Below, one piece after another: positions 62,923 to 64,000 of a stretch of DNA of 64,000 nt (within the stretch, counting starts at the first letter, position 1; each line of letters begins with the position of its first letter). The DNA is from Squalus acanthias (lineage: Eukaryota): positions 149,422,001 through 149,486,000 of the forward strand of contig CM059431.1 of the NCBI GenBank assembly GCA_030390025.1, given 5' to 3'. The translations under genes were made by a program, and so were the position numbers. A model generated the notes under the pieces. The model searched no databases. It worked only from the letters and a program-made list of their open reading frames with translations, and was not told where the DNA came from.

Positions 62923-63908
62923 GTGGAGATGCCGGCGTTGGACTGGGGTGGACAAAAATGAGAAGTAGCACAACACCAGGTTATAGTCCAACAGATTTAT
63001 TTAATTTTACAAGCTTTCGGAGCAGTTCGCTCCTTCGTCAGGTAAGTTAGCAGTGAGAGAATCTCCCAGAATTCACAATTTAAACACAGACAAAATCTAT
63101 TCACATTTTTCCCTACAACAAAGAGCACAGCCAAGACAATGAGATGTGTCCCAGGGGGTCCAACGTGTCAAACCACCTGCTGGCTGCATATCCTGTCAAT
63201 TTGTGTAGGTTCTTGTGTTAGTCTTTTTAAAAAAAAAACCTGGGAAGACCGGCCATGATGTCAAGTCACGTTCTGTATCGTGACATGAACCCGATATCGC
63301 GATTGAGGCCATCCTCATGAGTGCGGAACTTGGCTATCAGTTTCTGCTCTATGATTTTGCGCTGTCGTGTATCTCGAATGCCGCCTTGGAGAACGCTTAC
63401 CCGCAGATCCGAGGCTGAATGCCCCTGGCTGCTGAAGTGTTCCCCGACTGGGAGGCAACCCTCCTGCCTAGCGATTGTTGCGCGGTGTCCGTTCATTCGT
63501 TGTCTCAGTGTCTGCATGGTCTCGCCGATGTACCATGCTCTGGAGCATCCTTTACTGCAACGTATCAGGTAGACAACGTTGGCCGAGTCACATGAGTATG
63601 TACCGTGTACCTGGTGGGTAGTGTCCTCACGTGTGATGATGGTATCTGTGTCCATGATTTGGCATGTCTTGCAGAGGTTGCCGTGGCAGGGTTGTGTGGT
63701 GTCTTGGTTGCTGTTCTCCTGAAAGATGGGTAATCTGCTGCGAACGATGGTACTTTTGAGGTTAGGCGGCTGCTTGAAGGCGAGTAGTGGAGGCGTGGGG
63801 ATGGCCTTAGCAAGGTGTTCGTCATCATCGATGACATGTTGAAGGCTGCGAAGAACATGGCGTAGTTTTTCCGCTCCGGGGAAGTACTGGACGACGTAGG
63901 GTACTCTG
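62923..63908 (-). mobile_element. Young 5'-truncated Penelope-like element (GIY-YIG endonuclease)
   Basis: VVYLIRC..YIGETMQTLRQRMNGH..GLNRD in ORF 63266-63655; 11-bp TSD TTTCTTATGAT at 62912-62922 and 63909-63919. Confidence 0.93.
63006..63048 (-). ncRNA. Minimal hammerhead ribozyme-like motif in Penelope 3' region
   Basis: Minus strand CTGACGA-A-GGAGC-GAACT-GCTCC-GAAA-GCTTGTA: CUGANGA core, perfect 5-bp stem II, GAAA. Confidence 0.7.
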
Positions 63909-64000
63909 TTTCTTATGATCTTATGTCCTTATACAATATTGCAAGACGTACAAGTAAATCGCTTTTTCGCCTGGAAGGATTGTTTGGGGCCCTGGACAGT

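Overview
Repeat-dense vertebrate DNA, most likely a cartilaginous fish (inferred from DeuSINE/SacSINE1-type, CR1, RTE, Tx1 and Penelope repeats plus a GPR139-like receptor family). The non-transposon core is a segmentally duplicated cluster of two-exon class-A GPCR genes. Unit A (~853-6350) has an intact 7TM exon at 4815-5716. Unit B (~46470-55700) has a frameshifted 7TM exon at 54289-55178. Unit C starts after the N gap (61508-64000) and shows only its upstream part. A more divergent orphan exon 1 with stop codons lies at 22061-22241. The units share a promoter-like block, a 51-bp upstream VNTR and an antisense Penelope fragment that appears to split exon 1; A and B also share tandemly repeated exon-1 donor sites and a 3' YY1-motif array. 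The rest is nested transposons (near full-length RTE, Tx1 and CR1, a Harbinger relic, a 1.7-kb solo LTR, a young Penelope with a hammerhead-like motif) and many mini/microsatellites. All calls are by eye; repeat boundaries are approximate unless a TSD is quoted.
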